DNA from: Candidatus Omnitrophota bacterium
GTDB taxonomy: Bacteria > Omnitrophota > Gorgyraeia > Zapsychrales > Zapsychraceae
Direction of reading: 5' to 3'
Length of the DNA: 64,000 nt
NCBI GenBank assembly: GCA_050250375.1
Contig: JBFWOS010000002.1
Coordinates: 773,149 to 837,148, forward strand
In this document: positions 45,846 through 56,658 of the stretch, piece by piece
How the letters are laid out: the number at the start of each line of letters is the position of its first letter
Position numbering within the stretch: the stretch's first letter is position 1
Translations under genes and position numbers: made by a program
Notes under the pieces: model-generated
The model's database searches: none
Seen by the model: the letters and a program-made list of their open reading frames with translations, nothing else
Told to the model about the DNA's origin: nothing

Positions 45846-46820
45846 TCATCCATTCCGAAGATGTTTTTGCGGAACGGCATGCAGCAAGACGGCAATCAAA
45901 AAGCCCGCGCCGGCCAAAAGCAAGACCAGGAAAAACTGTCCATCCATGGCTGCCGGCCAGACATTAGCTTCCTGAACCGGTATTATTTTCCCAGAACTGG
46001 TCGTTAATGTTTGAATGACTTTTTTCCATGGCCAGATTTTATTAAGGGAACCAATGACGAACCCCGTCAGTATGGCTATGGTTAAATCGTGATATTTTCG
46101 AAACAACCACTCCAGGACACGGACAAAGGATAAAATTCCGACAACAATCCCGCTTAGAAAGATGATGATCGTTCCGATCTCCCGCTGATGAACGGCCTCA
46201 AGGATAAACTGATATTTCCCTAAAAGAAGCAGGATAAATGCCCCTGATATCCCCGGCAGGATCATCGCGCAAATCGCCAGGGCGCCGCTGAAAAAAATAA
46301 ACCACCATGTTTCCGGGGTGCTGACCGGGACTAATTGCACAAAGAAATATGTCCCGACACTGGAAACCATTAGGGCTATAACTTTTCCTTTGTCCCATTG
46401 TTTCATGGCCTTGGCAATGATCGGCACCGTAGCCAGGATCAGTCCGAAAAAAAAAGCATTCGTTAAAACAGGCTGGTTGGCCAACAGCCATGTAACCACG
46501 CGGGAGAATAATAATATCGCGCAGCCGATCCCGAAAAAAACAGCGCCGAGAAAACGCCAGGCCACGGACGCCAGGGCCTGCCGGAACTGGCCTCGCAAAA
46601 CCAGACGGACGAATACAGCGTCAAACGAACGGATCGCCTTGATCAAATCTTCATATATTTCGAGCATAAACGCGATGGTCCCTCCGGAAATACCCGGGAT
46701 CACGTCCGCAATCCCCATGCAAAAACCTTTGAGGGACAAAGTCAGGAAGTCCGCGAATGAACGGTTGTCATCTACGGGATGATAAAAGGTATTGTGTGCC
46801 GATGGTTCTATTTTATTCAC
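45846..46820 (-). CDS. DUF368 family membrane protein (undecaprenyl-phosphate translocase family)
   Basis: KGFCMGIADVIPGISGGTIAF; AICAMILPGISGAFILLLLGKY; GSLNKIWPW. Confidence 0.95.
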   Translation of the reverse strand: MNKIEPSAHNTFYHPVDDNRSFADFLTLSLKGFCMGIADVIPGISGGTIAFMLEIYEDLIKAIRSFDAVFVRLVLRGQFRQALASVAWRFLGAVFFGIGCAILLFSRVVTWLLANQPVLTNAFFFGLILATVPIIAKAMKQWDKGKVIALMVSSVGTYFFVQLVPVSTPETWWFIFFSGALAICAMILPGISGAFILLLLGKYQFILEAVHQREIGTIIIFLSGIVVGILSFVRVLEWLFRKYHDLTIAILTGFVIGSLNKIWPWKKVIQTLTTSSGKIIPVQEANVWPAAMDGQFFLVLLLAGAGFLIAVLLHAVPQKHLRNG

Positions 46821-46925
46821 TTATATTCTCCTGCTTAATTAAATAATCTAGTAAGGCCTTCCATCCCGTCGATACAAACTCTCCATTTCAGTACAGCCCG
46901 CCATTATGTCAGGTATGAATGAGTA

Positions 46926-47432
46926 TTAACGGGATTCTCGCATTAGATTCTGATAGCGGAGTTTCGATGCCCGGATGGATTCCAGGGCTGAATCCCGATC
47001 CCCCCACCCCTTGACGCCGGTCTTATGCCCTTCAAGATCTTTGTAAATTTTAAAAAAATGTTCGATTTCCTTGAGCAGATGGACAGGGACTTCATCAAGA
47101 GCATGGATATGATTCCACAAGGGATCTTCGATGGGGATACATAAAATTTTATCATCCAGCCCTTCTTCATCAACCATTTTAAACAGTCCGATAGGCCTGG
47201 ACTTGATAAAACATCCGGGAAATGTATGTTCGGTAATCAGAACCAGGGCGTCCAGAGGATCACCATCCTCGGCCAGTGTTTCCGGGATGAACCCGTAATC
47301 ACTGGGATAATGCACGGAAGAAAACAACATCCGGTCAAATTTGATCAGTTTTTTAACCGGGTCATATTCATATTTATTGCGGCTTCCTTTCGGAATCTCA
47401 ATCATCACGGACAGGATGTCTTCTTCGGGCAT
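46926..47432 (-). CDS. ppa: Soluble inorganic pyrophosphatase (family I)
   Basis: IEIPKGSRNKYEYD, YPSDYGFIP.TL.EDGDPLD, DE.G.DDK. Confidence 0.97.
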   Translation of the reverse strand: MPEEDILSVMIEIPKGSRNKYEYDPVKKLIKFDRMLFSSVHYPSDYGFIPETLAEDGDPLDALVLITEHTFPGCFIKSRPIGLFKMVDEEGLDDKILCIPIEDPLWNHIHALDEVPVHLLKEIEHFFKIYKDLEGHKTGVKGWGDRDSALESIRASKLRYQNLMRESR

Positions 47433-47439
47433 AATACAG

Positions 47440-47559
47440 CTACTCTTCTTCTCTTCCGGTATGTGCTTTTGTCTTTAAAATCCGGCTGAGACAAAATCCT
47501 AACAGCCAAAAAATCGAACCCCACGATATTAATAAAAAAATCCAGCCGCCTAATTCCAT
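47440..47559 (-). CDS. Small single-TM protein, probable NSS transporter small subunit (39 aa)
   Basis: Hand translation MELGGWIFLLISWGSIFWLLGFCLSRILKTKAHTGREEE; start overlaps the transporter stop; fills the gap to ppa. Confidence 0.75.
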   Translation of the reverse strand: MELGGWIFLLISWGSIFWLLGFCLSRILKTKAHTGREEE

Positions 47560-49118
47560 GGTTTAATCACCGTGTTTTTCTGCTGCTTTTTTGAAAGTTT
47601 ATCCAGGAACACCAGAGTTAAAAATAACAACAGTATCCCAACCCGGACACCGATCACATACCAACGGTTCTCCGCGGAAACATTTTTAAACAGGATGTTG
47701 GGAATCCATTCCTGCCATAACCACATACCCAGAATAAATAAAAGAAACGCCGGGGTGATATATTTCATAATAAATTTATAAAACTTCGGGATATTGAGAT
47801 CAGCCCCTTGATGCAATTCTTCCCACGCCCGATCAATCCCGAAGACCCATCCAAAAAGGATTGCCTCGACCGTCGCAAAAACGACGAGACAAAATGAACC
47901 GCCCCAAAAGTCCAATTCATCAACCGCCCCGTTTTTAAGGAAGAAGATGGCCGGCTGGCATAAAGCAAACGTCAGGGCGGCAAATACAAGGACGGATTTT
48001 TTACGTGTCCAGTTAAACTCGTCTTCCAGAAAGGTGATAAATGGCTGCGACAACGATACTGATGATGTAACCCCGGCCAGAAAAAGCAGAAAAAACCAAA
48101 CAAATCCCATTAGCTCCGGTAAAGGCAGATGATTTAAAACAAGCGGCATGGTGACAAAGCTGAGATTAAAGATCCCGGAGGAAACAATCGTTTGGATCTC
48201 CTGAGGACCAAAAAAAATAAATGCTGCCGGAATGAGAATACTTCCCCCGAGAATGACTTCGGCCGCGGCGTTTGTACTGACGGCGGTTAATCCGGAAAGG
48301 GCCACATCCTGTTTTTTGGAAAGATAACTGGCGTAGGTGAAGACCGCACCGGTTCCGACACTTAATGTAAAAAAGATCTGTCCGGCCGCCTCCAGCCAGA
48401 CTTTGGCGGATTTTAGAGAATCAAACCGCGGGTTCCAGAAAAAACCGAAACCGTCGCTCAAAGACCAGTCAAATTGGGGTGATTGGAAAATCCCCAGAGT
48501 CAGAATCCGGATGAATAACACAACGGCGCATAAAAATAAAAGCGGCATCGCGATATTGCAAAGTTTCTCAATCCCCCCGCGGATCCCCTTATAAAGCACC
48601 CAGATATTCACCGAAAATGTGACCAGAAAGAAAAGATACGCACAGTGGATGCCCTGGAAGAACTCATTATTTTCAAGCCCCTGGTATCCCGACAGAAAGG
48701 ACTGCATGGAAGTATTCGAGTCAATGGACTTTAATTTTCCGAACAAGGAAAAAAAACTGTACGCCAATGTCCATGATTCAATGTACGCATAATAGGAAAA
48801 AATAAGCAGCGGCCCCAGGATGCCGAGCACTCCGATCCAGCGGACCCATTTTCTGCGGCTGATATGATGGAATAAGGTGGTCGGTGTTCCGCAATCATTG
48901 TTGCCGCCGTACCGGCCCAGGGTCCACTCCATCCACATCAGCGGGATCCCCAGAAAGACCAGCGCAATCAGATACGGGATCATAAACGCCCCGCCGCCGT
49001 TTTCAACAGCCTTGGCCGGAAACCTCAGGAAATTCCCCAACCCAACCGCGGATCCGGCAACGGCCAGGATTATTCCTACCCGGGAAGACCAATGTTCACG
49101 GGAATTTGAAGGTTTCAT
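47550..49118 (-). CDS. Sodium-dependent transporter (NSS/SNF, LeuT-like)
   Basis: REHWSSR.G.ILA.AGSAVGLGNFLRFP...GGGAFMIPY; AAGQIFFTLS. Confidence 0.96.
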   Translation of the reverse strand: MKPSNSREHWSSRVGIILAVAGSAVGLGNFLRFPAKAVENGGGAFMIPYLIALVFLGIPLMWMEWTLGRYGGNNDCGTPTTLFHHISRRKWVRWIGVLGILGPLLIFSYYAYIESWTLAYSFFSLFGKLKSIDSNTSMQSFLSGYQGLENNEFFQGIHCAYLFFLVTFSVNIWVLYKGIRGGIEKLCNIAMPLLFLCAVVLFIRILTLGIFQSPQFDWSLSDGFGFFWNPRFDSLKSAKVWLEAAGQIFFTLSVGTGAVFTYASYLSKKQDVALSGLTAVSTNAAAEVILGGSILIPAAFIFFGPQEIQTIVSSGIFNLSFVTMPLVLNHLPLPELMGFVWFFLLFLAGVTSSVSLSQPFITFLEDEFNWTRKKSVLVFAALTFALCQPAIFFLKNGAVDELDFWGGSFCLVVFATVEAILFGWVFGIDRAWEELHQGADLNIPKFYKFIMKYITPAFLLFILGMWLWQEWIPNILFKNVSAENRWYVIGVRVGILLLFLTLVFLDKLSKKQQKNTVIKPWN

Positions 49119-49507
49119 TCGTTATCCGGTTCCTCGTCGTGAATTATACCGTCCTCCGGTTTGATTTCCTGTTCCAAATGTTCATCGATGTGCTGGGTGA
49201 TTTCCGAGATCTTAGTCGCATCGGTCTGATAAATCTTGATCCCGGCCCGGTGTATTTCTTTCAGGGTTTTTCCGCTGAGAATCTGGCAGATGACGGCATC
49301 CACCTGGTTTTCTTTTAACATATTCTGCAGATGTTGTTTGCCGTACCGGTGATGATTCTTTGTGTTTTTTAACATGCGCAGATATTTCAATTCAGTATCG
49401 TAAAGAGCGAAATATCGCGCATTGGCGAAACGGTCATCCACGACCGAGTTTAAACCTTCATTGGATTTTGACGGAATGCAGACACGCATTCGAGTACTTC
49501 CAGTCAT
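49115..49507 (-). CDS. NifB/NifX (dinitrogenase FeMo-cofactor biosynthesis) family protein
   Basis: RVCIPS...GLNSVVDDRFANARYFALYD...VDAVIC..L.......AGIKIY. Confidence 0.8.
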   Translation of the reverse strand: MTGSTRMRVCIPSKSNEGLNSVVDDRFANARYFALYDTELKYLRMLKNTKNHHRYGKQHLQNMLKENQVDAVICQILSGKTLKEIHRAGIKIYQTDATKISEITQHIDEHLEQEIKPEDGIIHDEEPDNE

Positions 49508-49525
49508 AAAAATTGATTAGATCGT

Positions 49526-49729
49526 TTATTTCCGTTTGTTGACAAGTTCTTCCGCTTTAAGCCAGTCGGCCAATTCATTTCCGTTCTGGCAGCCCCTTTT
49601 CTGGTACAATTCATAGGCGACTTGACGGATCTGTTCTTCTTTAGAATACGTTACCTGGGATAAACCCCGATCTTTGTTTTGAACGCTGCTTTTTGTGACA
49701 TCTTTAATTCTGTTTTTTTGTGTTTTCAT
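49526..49729 (-). CDS. DUF2934 domain protein
   Basis: EQIRQVAYELYQKRG...G....DWLKAEE; CAGGAG RBS. Confidence 0.9.
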   Translation of the reverse strand: MKTQKNRIKDVTKSSVQNKDRGLSQVTYSKEEQIRQVAYELYQKRGCQNGNELADWLKAEELVNKRK

Positions 49730-49993
49730 CGTAATTCTCCTGTAAATTTTTTAAGTTAAAAAAGAAACTAATGGCCTGGAACACTCATCCCCCCACACCA
49801 CTTATCGTATAAATGAATTAGGTCTTAAATAATCCTGTTTGAATGTTTGAAAATTTTGGGCGTTATACAAAAGGTGCTTTGTCAGTGACTACGAACAAAT
49901 TAAAATTATTTTAACATTGTTTGGAAGGATGTCAAATTCAATCCTGTTAACCGTAAAATTGACCGCGCAAAATTGTCCGGTAACAGTCTTACC

Positions 49994-50392
49994 CTACTTA
50001 TTGAAAATTTGCCGGACATAAATCGGGATATTCGCCATTTCCGTACCGTCAATCAGCAGGACCACCTGGTAATCTCCCGGCTTTTTAAATTCGATGTTTT
50101 GTCCATTAACGGCAAATGAATATGAAGTCTCGGGCAAACTGTTCGGGGGAGGGATGACATTCATGTCGCTTTGCGCGTTGATCAGATTGTTCCCTTCCGC
50201 ATCCCGAAAAAGAATCGCTAATTTATGCGGACCGTATTCAGAGCGTCCAACCAGCAGGCGCACGCCGATACTGATCCTCGGAATCTTATAAGGGAAGGCC
50301 GGCGCGTTTATGGTATCAAAGGTCCGGCACAGAGATAAACAGCCGTTTTCAACCCAGGCGTGATCCGCAACGGCGGCAATGATTGGTTTCAT
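49994..50392 (-). CDS. DUF6941-like hypothetical protein
   Basis: ADHA.VENG.LSL...FD.I....FP...F.KPGDY.V.LLIDG pattern. Confidence 0.7.
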   Translation of the reverse strand: MKPIIAAVADHAWVENGCLSLCRTFDTINAPAFPYKIPRISIGVRLLVGRSEYGPHKLAILFRDAEGNNLINAQSDMNVIPPPNSLPETSYSFAVNGQNIEFKKPGDYQVVLLIDGTEMANIPIYVRQIFNK

Positions 50393-50495
50393 AGGATTCG
50401 TCCACCATAAAAAAACATATTTTATTTTATCAAAATTTATTTAAGAAAAAAGTTTTTATATGATTAAATAGAATTTTAATCGTATATGGGGAAAC

Positions 50496-50876
50496 CTATC
50501 TTACGCTGGCAGTGAACTGCCAAATACAAATAAAAACGGCTCCCAAGAGACTTCCAAGCGTGAGCAGAGTCGCCAGCAACATAATCCCGCCATACCGGCG
50601 AAATTGACCGGAAGCCAGATTCGAACGATTCTGTCCCCGGCGCATCAAGCCCCACAACCCCAGCATCAGCCCCAAACAGGACATGGCCAACCCATAAAAA
50701 AACACGGCCGCGATACTCCGTAAATTAAATTCCGGCGGACCTCCCCTCAAGATATCAAATACAGAATAGTCTCCGCCATCGAACCAATAGCCGAAACTTC
50801 GAAAGGCAAACCCAAGCAATCCGGCAGCCAGCATCAGGGCAAACAGCGAGCCTTGTGAAGGGGGATTTTTCGCCAT
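50496..50876 (-). CDS. Hypothetical membrane protein
   Basis: Three hydrophobic segments; AAGGA RBS right after the cysA stop. Confidence 0.65.
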   Translation of the reverse strand: MAKNPPSQGSLFALMLAAGLLGFAFRSFGYWFDGGDYSVFDILRGGPPEFNLRSIAAVFFYGLAMSCLGLMLGLWGLMRRGQNRSNLASGQFRRYGGIMLLATLLTLGSLLGAVFICIWQFTASVR

Positions 50877-50887
50877 TAAGTAATTCC

Positions 50888-51910
50888 TTAAATGTCGTAT
50901 TCGCTGTATGTAATATTTTTAGGGGTCAGGAATACTTCATCATTTTTGACGAGCTTCAGGGTTTTAAATTCTTCCTGAGAAATTTCGATCTGGTAAACTT
51001 CCCCTTCCTCAGAACGGGCATCAATCTTGACGACTGACCCCGCGGGATTGACAAAGACAATCCTCACCCGAACGGAATCGGCGGATGTTGACAATCGGGA
51101 TACAGCAAGCTGGTGCGGACGAACATATATTTTTTTTTGTTTGGAGTTGCCGGGCAACGCGTCGCCTTCAGAACGGGCATGAAAGATATTTACATTCCCC
51201 AAAAAATTCAGGACAAACACGGAGGCCGGGTTATGATACACCTCTTCCGGGCTGCCTGTTTGTTCAATCCGGCCTTCATTCATAACGACGATTTTATCGG
51301 CCACTTCAAGGGCCTCTTCCTGGTCATGGGTGACAAACAGGGTCGTAATATGCAGGTCGTCATGGAACCGTCTGAGCCATTGCCGCAACTCCTTCCTCAC
51401 CCTGGCATCCAGCGAACCAAACGGTTCATCCAGCAATAACACCTTCGGTTCGATGGCTAAGGCCCTGGCTAAGGCAATCCGCTGACGTTGTCCTCCGGAT
51501 AACTGGGAAGGATAACGGTCGGCGACCCAGTCCAACTGCACTAACTTCAGAAGTTCTTGCACCTTGTTTTTTATCGCTTCCTTCCCCGGCCGGATGCCTT
51601 TCGGTTTAACTTCCAGGCCAAAAGCGATATTTTGAAATACGGTCATATGCCGGAACAACGCATAATGCTGAAAGACAAAACCGACGTTCCGGTCTTTTGT
51701 CTTTTTATTCTTCGCATCATCGCCGTGAAATAAAATTTCGCCGCTTTCCGCCGTTTCTAGTCCGGCAATAATCCTCAAAAGTGTGGTCTTTCCCGATCCG
51801 GACGGACCCAGTAACGCGATCAGTTCCCCGGTGTTAACGGTTAGACTTACATTGTTCAACGCTTTGTACGTCCCGAATGTTTTGTTGATTTGCTGGACTT
51901 CAATGCTCAT
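50888..51910 (-). CDS. cysA: Sulfate ABC transporter ATP-binding protein
   Basis: [39 protein letters not shown]. Confidence 0.97.
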   Translation of the reverse strand: MSIEVQQINKTFGTYKALNNVSLTVNTGELIALLGPSGSGKTTLLRIIAGLETAESGEILFHGDDAKNKKTKDRNVGFVFQHYALFRHMTVFQNIAFGLEVKPKGIRPGKEAIKNKVQELLKLVQLDWVADRYPSQLSGGQRQRIALARALAIEPKVLLLDEPFGSLDARVRKELRQWLRRFHDDLHITTLFVTHDQEEALEVADKIVVMNEGRIEQTGSPEEVYHNPASVFVLNFLGNVNIFHARSEGDALPGNSKQKKIYVRPHQLAVSRLSTSADSVRVRIVFVNPAGSVVKIDARSEEGEVYQIEISQEEFKTLKLVKNDEVFLTPKNITYSEYDI

Positions 51911-52755
51911 GCAAAAATCTCCGTCTTTTGGGCCGCTTTTAGTTCTGCCTTATATTTATGTTCAATCATCGATTTTAAGATCAATGTGACCAGCGCCAGC
52001 ATGGCCAGTATGGACGCGGCGGCAAAAGCCGCGGTAAACTGGTATTCATTGTACAAAATCTCGATATGCAGCGGCAGGGTGTTGGTCTGTCCCCGGATAT
52101 GTCCTGAGACAACTGAAACCGCGCCGAACTCACCCATCGCCCTGGCATTGCACAAGATGACCCCGTATAAAAGGCCCCATTTGATGTTCGGTAATGTTAT
52201 CCGCCAGAACGTCTGCCATCCGCTGGCTCCCAGGGTCAACGCGGCCTCTTCCTCTTCCGTCCCCTGGACCTTCATGACCGGGATCAGTTCACGGGCAATC
52301 ATGGGGAACGTAACAAAAATCGTCGCCAGAATAATGGCCGGCGGCGCAAAAATAATTTTAATCCCGCGTTCCATGAACCAGGGGCCCCAGGCTCCCTGAG
52401 CGCCAAACAATAAGACAAAAATCAATCCGGAAATGACCGGCGAAACGGATAACGGAAGGTCAATCAGTGTGATCAAAAGATTCTTTCCGTAAAAGTCAAA
52501 TTTTGCGATCGCCCATGATGCAGCCACACCAAATACCAAATTTAACGGCACAGCCAATAACGCCGTCACGACCGTCAGTCTCAGCGCGGATAAAGTATTC
52601 GGATCGTTAATGGCACTAAAATAAACTCCTAGTCCTTTATTTAAACCGGTAATCAAAACAGCACCCAGCGGCAACACAATAAACAACGTCAGATATGTCA
52701 GGGCGACAGTGATTAATATCCAGCGGATAACAGGCGGTTCAGTTCGTATCGGCAT
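51907..52755 (-). CDS. cysW: Sulfate ABC transporter permease
   Basis: [49 protein letters not shown]. Confidence 0.97.
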   Translation of the reverse strand: MPIRTEPPVIRWILITVALTYLTLFIVLPLGAVLITGLNKGLGVYFSAINDPNTLSALRLTVVTALLAVPLNLVFGVAASWAIAKFDFYGKNLLITLIDLPLSVSPVISGLIFVLLFGAQGAWGPWFMERGIKIIFAPPAIILATIFVTFPMIARELIPVMKVQGTEEEEAALTLGASGWQTFWRITLPNIKWGLLYGVILCNARAMGEFGAVSVVSGHIRGQTNTLPLHIEILYNEYQFTAAFAAASILAMLALVTLILKSMIEHKYKAELKAAQKTEIFA

Positions 52756-53591
52756 TAATTGACTCCAATTCGTTTAGAAGAAATCCATTGTAAATAATTG
52801 GTGAACGCCAATAACGCGAACGAAACCAACAACATGACTAACGCAATGGCGGTGGCGCCGGAGTAATCGTACTGTTCCAGTTTAGTCATGATGAGAAGCG
52901 GCGCAATCTCCGTTTTCCTAGGCATATTCCCGGCGATAAAAATAACCGATCCGTATTCTCCGATCCCCCGGGCAAAGGCTAATGTAAATCCCGTGATCAA
53001 GGGCGGAATAAGATTGGGAAACAAGATGCGGGTAAACGTCTGCCAGCGGGTGGCCCCCAGGCTAGCCGCTGCGTCTTCGATTTCACCGTCCAATTCCTGC
53101 AAAACAGGCTCAATCGTGCGGACCACAAAAGGCAGTCCGATAAAAATCAGGGCGATCGTGATACCGAACGGGCTGTACGCGGATTGAATGCCCCACGCGT
53201 ACAAATGTTGTCCAATCAATCCGTTTTGCGCATACAAAGAGGCCAGCGTAATCCCGGTTACCGCCGTGGGCAAGGCAAAAGGAAAATCAACCAGGGCGTC
53301 AAATATCTTTTTCCCGGGAAAGTGGTAACGGACCAGAACCCAGGCAATCAGGAAACCAAAGACCATATTGACCAATCCGGCAACAAAACTGGCCCCGAAA
53401 CTCAAGCGGTAAGCAGCCAATGTTCGGGGCGCGGTTACAACATCCCAAATGCCGCTCAGGCCAATCGTCGATGACTTGATGAATAACATGGACAACGGGA
53501 GCAATACGATCAACCCTAAATAAAACAAAGTATACCCAAACGCCAGGTTAAATCCGGGCAGTGTCGTTTTCTTTCGTAAAATTTTAATCAT
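52755..53591 (-). CDS. cysT: Sulfate ABC transporter permease
   Basis: LPGF.L..GYT..YL, D.PFALPTAV.GI, GEYGSVIFIAGN.P.KTEIAPLLI. Confidence 0.96.
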   Translation of the reverse strand: MIKILRKKTTLPGFNLAFGYTLFYLGLIVLLPLSMLFIKSSTIGLSGIWDVVTAPRTLAAYRLSFGASFVAGLVNMVFGFLIAWVLVRYHFPGKKIFDALVDFPFALPTAVTGITLASLYAQNGLIGQHLYAWGIQSAYSPFGITIALIFIGLPFVVRTIEPVLQELDGEIEDAAASLGATRWQTFTRILFPNLIPPLITGFTLAFARGIGEYGSVIFIAGNMPRKTEIAPLLIMTKLEQYDYSGATAIALVMLLVSFALLAFTNYLQWISSKRIGVN

Positions 53592-53620
53592 ACGGGTTTC
53601 TCTCCGATGGCAGGCAGATG

Positions 53621-54622
53621 TTATTCCTGGTAAATCTGATCAAATATTCCCTTATCGGCAAAATGGATCGCCTGAGCCTTGGCCCAACCTCCCGCGATTT
53701 CTTCAATCGTGAAAAAAACAATCGGTGAGAAACGGTCCGCATATTTTTCGGTTACCGACAGAGACCTGGGGCGGTAATAATGCCGGGCCGCAATTTCTTG
53801 CGCGGTGTCCGAATAAAGATAAGCCAAATATTCTCCTGCAATCTCACGGGTTTTGTGGCGTTCGACATTCCGGTCGACTAAAGTGACCGGCGGTTCCGCC
53901 AAAATGCTCGTGGACGGTGTGACGATTTCAAATTTATCCGGCCCCAATTCCGTCACGGCCAGATAAGCCTCATTTTCCCAGGAAATCAAGACATCCCCTA
54001 TTCCCCGTTCGATAAATGTCGTCATTGATCCGCGGGCGCCCGAATCCAGGATCGGAACATTTTTATAGATGGCTTTTACAAAGGCCTTTGCTTCGTTGTC
54101 ATCATGATCCCATCGCAGCCAGGCATAACCCCAGGCTGCCATATAATTCCAGCGGGCGCCTCCTGATGTCTTTGGATTGGGTGTAATAACGGTCAAACCG
54201 GGTCGGACCAGATCTTCCCAATCTTTAATCTTTTTCGGGTTTCCTTTGCGCACCAGGAAAACAATCGTTGAGGTATACGGTGCGCTGTTATAAGGTAACC
54301 GGGTCTGCCAGCTTTCCGGGATAAATCCGGATTTCTCGGCGATGGAATCGATATCATAAGACAACGCGAGTGTGACGACATCCGCTTCCAGGCCGTCAAT
54401 GACAGACCGTGCCTGTTTGCCGCTTCCGCCGTGGGATTGATTAATTACCACGGTCTGGCCTGTCTTATCTTTCCAATACGTTCGAAACGTCTGGTTAAAC
54501 TCCTCATAAAATTCCCGGGTCGGATCGTACGAAACATTTAAGAGGCGCAGCGTCCCACCCATTTTTGAACAACTGATCCCCGCCGCAAGGATTAAGACCA
54601 TAATAAATTTGTAATTTTTCAT
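53621..54622 (-). CDS. sbp: Sulfate ABC transporter substrate-binding lipoprotein
   Basis: [38 protein letters not shown]; lipobox GISC. Confidence 0.96.
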   Translation of the reverse strand: MKNYKFIMVLILAAGISCSKMGGTLRLLNVSYDPTREFYEEFNQTFRTYWKDKTGQTVVINQSHGGSGKQARSVIDGLEADVVTLALSYDIDSIAEKSGFIPESWQTRLPYNSAPYTSTIVFLVRKGNPKKIKDWEDLVRPGLTVITPNPKTSGGARWNYMAAWGYAWLRWDHDDNEAKAFVKAIYKNVPILDSGARGSMTTFIERGIGDVLISWENEAYLAVTELGPDKFEIVTPSTSILAEPPVTLVDRNVERHKTREIAGEYLAYLYSDTAQEIAARHYYRPRSLSVTEKYADRFSPIVFFTIEEIAGGWAKAQAIHFADKGIFDQIYQE

Positions 54623-54629
54623 AAAAGTC

Positions 54630-55085
54630 TCAAATGATAAAATTCATTGTGTTTTTTTGCTGGGCCTGAACGACTTCGGACATTAAATCGGCAAAACTTT
54701 TATTATCCAGGATATCAGCCAGGGCATCCCGGACTTCTTTCATCACAAACCGGATTCCGCAGCTTTTCTCATCCACACATTCAGCGCAGCGCTGATACGC
54801 CGTCTGGCTGACACACCCCACCGGGGCTAACGGACCTTCCAGGACACGGATAATTTCTCCCAACGTAATTTCCCGGGGAGATTTACTTAAACGATACCCC
54901 CCGCCTTTTCCGATTTTACTGGTTAAAACGCCTGTTTTACGTAATTCCAGCAAAATAGCTTCAAGAAATTTTTTGGGAATTCCCTTACTTTTGGATATGT
55001 CCGCAATAAGGGCCGGCCCATTTAAATAATGTTCACTTAAATAAATCATGGCCTGAAGGCCGTATTTTGTCTTTTTTGAAATCAT
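54630..55085 (-). CDS. Rrf2 family transcriptional regulator
   Basis: [38 protein letters not shown]. Confidence 0.95.
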   Translation of the reverse strand: MISKKTKYGLQAMIYLSEHYLNGPALIADISKSKGIPKKFLEAILLELRKTGVLTSKIGKGGGYRLSKSPREITLGEIIRVLEGPLAPVGCVSQTAYQRCAECVDEKSCGIRFVMKEVRDALADILDNKSFADLMSEVVQAQQKNTMNFII

Positions 55086-55088
55086 ATT

Positions 55089-55142
55089 ATCTACTAATCC
55101 GATAGATTTACTGCATTATAAGGAAACACTCACAAAAGTCAA
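55089..55142 (-). promoter_or_regulatory. Sigma70 promoter and Rrf2-type operator of the sulfate operon
   Basis: TTGACT-N16-TATAAT (55142-55115), then inverted repeat ATCTA-N9-TAGAT (55089-55107). Confidence 0.7.
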
Positions 55143-55161
55143 GTCTTAAATCCCTAATCCG

Positions 55162-56628
55162 TTATTTAGCCTGAATAATTTTTTGCAGTAATCGCAGAGT
55201 GGTGTCATTCCCGAGAACTTGCAGAACATCGCCTCCCTCAAGAAACGTTGCCCCGTTGGGGATATAAAATTTACCGTCCCGGCAAACCAGGACGACCAGA
55301 CATTCTTCCGGGATGCCGATCTCAAACAAGCGTTTTCCAATAACGGCGGCATTATAAGGGATGATGATTTCTTCAAGATTGGCATCAATCCCCTCTTTTT
55401 TCTCAAATTCGATCGGAAAAGCCTGAACCTGACTGGGCGGAATTTCTACCTTTAATAATCTAGAAATATACGGGATAGATGTGCCTTGCAGAAAAATCGA
55501 TGTCAACACAATAAAGAAAACAATATTGAAAATGATTTGGGAGCTCGGCAGGTTGGCCAGCAACGGGAATGTCGCGAGGATAATCGGCACAGCTCCCCGT
55601 AACCCCACCCAGGACAACATGAACTTTTCATTGACTTTCAACGGACTGAAGGCCAGCGTAATAAAAACACTCACAGGGCGCGCCACCAAGATAAGGAAAA
55701 CGGACAACATCAACCCTTGGCCGCTAATGGGGATCATTCTCGAAGGATAGACCAATAACCCCAAGATAAGAAACATAAAGATCTGCATCAGCCAGCTGAT
55801 CCCGCTGTGAAAATGAATCAATGATTTCTTGTGGAGAAAATCCTTATTCCCAAGAATTAATGCGGCCAAATAAACAGCCAGAAACCCGTTGCCTTTGGCC
55901 ATCGTTGTCACCGCGTAAATCAGCGGCGCAAACGCCAGAGTCATCACCGGATATAATCCTTCATACGCGAAACGAAAGTTATTAATAATAAGCAAAAATA
56001 ATTTACTCATGAGAACCGCCATGCCCACACCGATCACAACTTCGAGAAAAAATTGTGGGATCAAGCGGTAAAACGTAAATCCCGGCTCCGCAATTAACCG
56101 GATCATCCCGAGCGTCAAAAATACGGCCATCGGGTCGTTACTGCCCGATTCCAATTCCAGCAATGATCGGAGACGGGTTTTCAAATTAATTCCCTTTGAA
56201 CGCAGGATACCCAGGACCGATGCGGTGTCGGTTGAAGAAATGATCGCCCCCAGAAGCATCCCTTGAAGGAAATTAAATTTCAAAACCAACATCGAAAAAC
56301 AGGCAATCAGGATGGCCGTGAGGGCAACCCCTACAGTCGCCAGACAGATCCCCGACCACAACACCGGGCGGACGTCCGTCCATTTCGTTTCCAAACCGCC
56401 GGAAAAAAGAATAAAGATCAATGCCGTGATACCGATAAATTTTGCCAGCCACGGATCATCAAAATAAATTCCGCCCAGCCCTTCCGATCCGGCCAGCATA
56501 CCCAGGACTAAAAAAATAAATAAGGCCGGCACACCAAACCGGTCTGATATTTTGCTGGCAAATATACTCAGCAGCAATAACGCAGAAGCAATAAAAATTG
56601 TTAATTCAATTGAAATTGAGCTGAACAT
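55162..56628 (-). CDS. Potassium/proton antiporter (CvrA/NhaP2 type) with TrkA-C domain
   Basis: GMLAGSEGLGGI.F, SSTD.ASV, LELESGSNDPMA, WVGLRGAVPI.LA. Confidence 0.95.
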   Translation of the reverse strand: MFSSISIELTIFIASALLLLSIFASKISDRFGVPALFIFLVLGMLAGSEGLGGIYFDDPWLAKFIGITALIFILFSGGLETKWTDVRPVLWSGICLATVGVALTAILIACFSMLVLKFNFLQGMLLGAIISSTDTASVLGILRSKGINLKTRLRSLLELESGSNDPMAVFLTLGMIRLIAEPGFTFYRLIPQFFLEVVIGVGMAVLMSKLFLLIINNFRFAYEGLYPVMTLAFAPLIYAVTTMAKGNGFLAVYLAALILGNKDFLHKKSLIHFHSGISWLMQIFMFLILGLLVYPSRMIPISGQGLMLSVFLILVARPVSVFITLAFSPLKVNEKFMLSWVGLRGAVPIILATFPLLANLPSSQIIFNIVFFIVLTSIFLQGTSIPYISRLLKVEIPPSQVQAFPIEFEKKEGIDANLEEIIIPYNAAVIGKRLFEIGIPEECLVVLVCRDGKFYIPNGATFLEGGDVLQVLGNDTTLRLLQKIIQAK

Positions 56629-56658
56629 TGTTTTATTTGATGAATTGATTTTCCCAAA

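Noticed and set aside
49115-49507. NifB/NifX family gene as evidence of nitrogen fixation
   Set aside because: The family is widespread in non-diazotrophs and there are no nif genes in the window
49760-49830. GGGGATGAGTGTTCC in the DUF2934 leader, superficially like a fluoride riboswitch
   Set aside because: Lacks the P1 pairing and the downstream CUGAUG pseudoknot element; the downstream genes are not fluoride related
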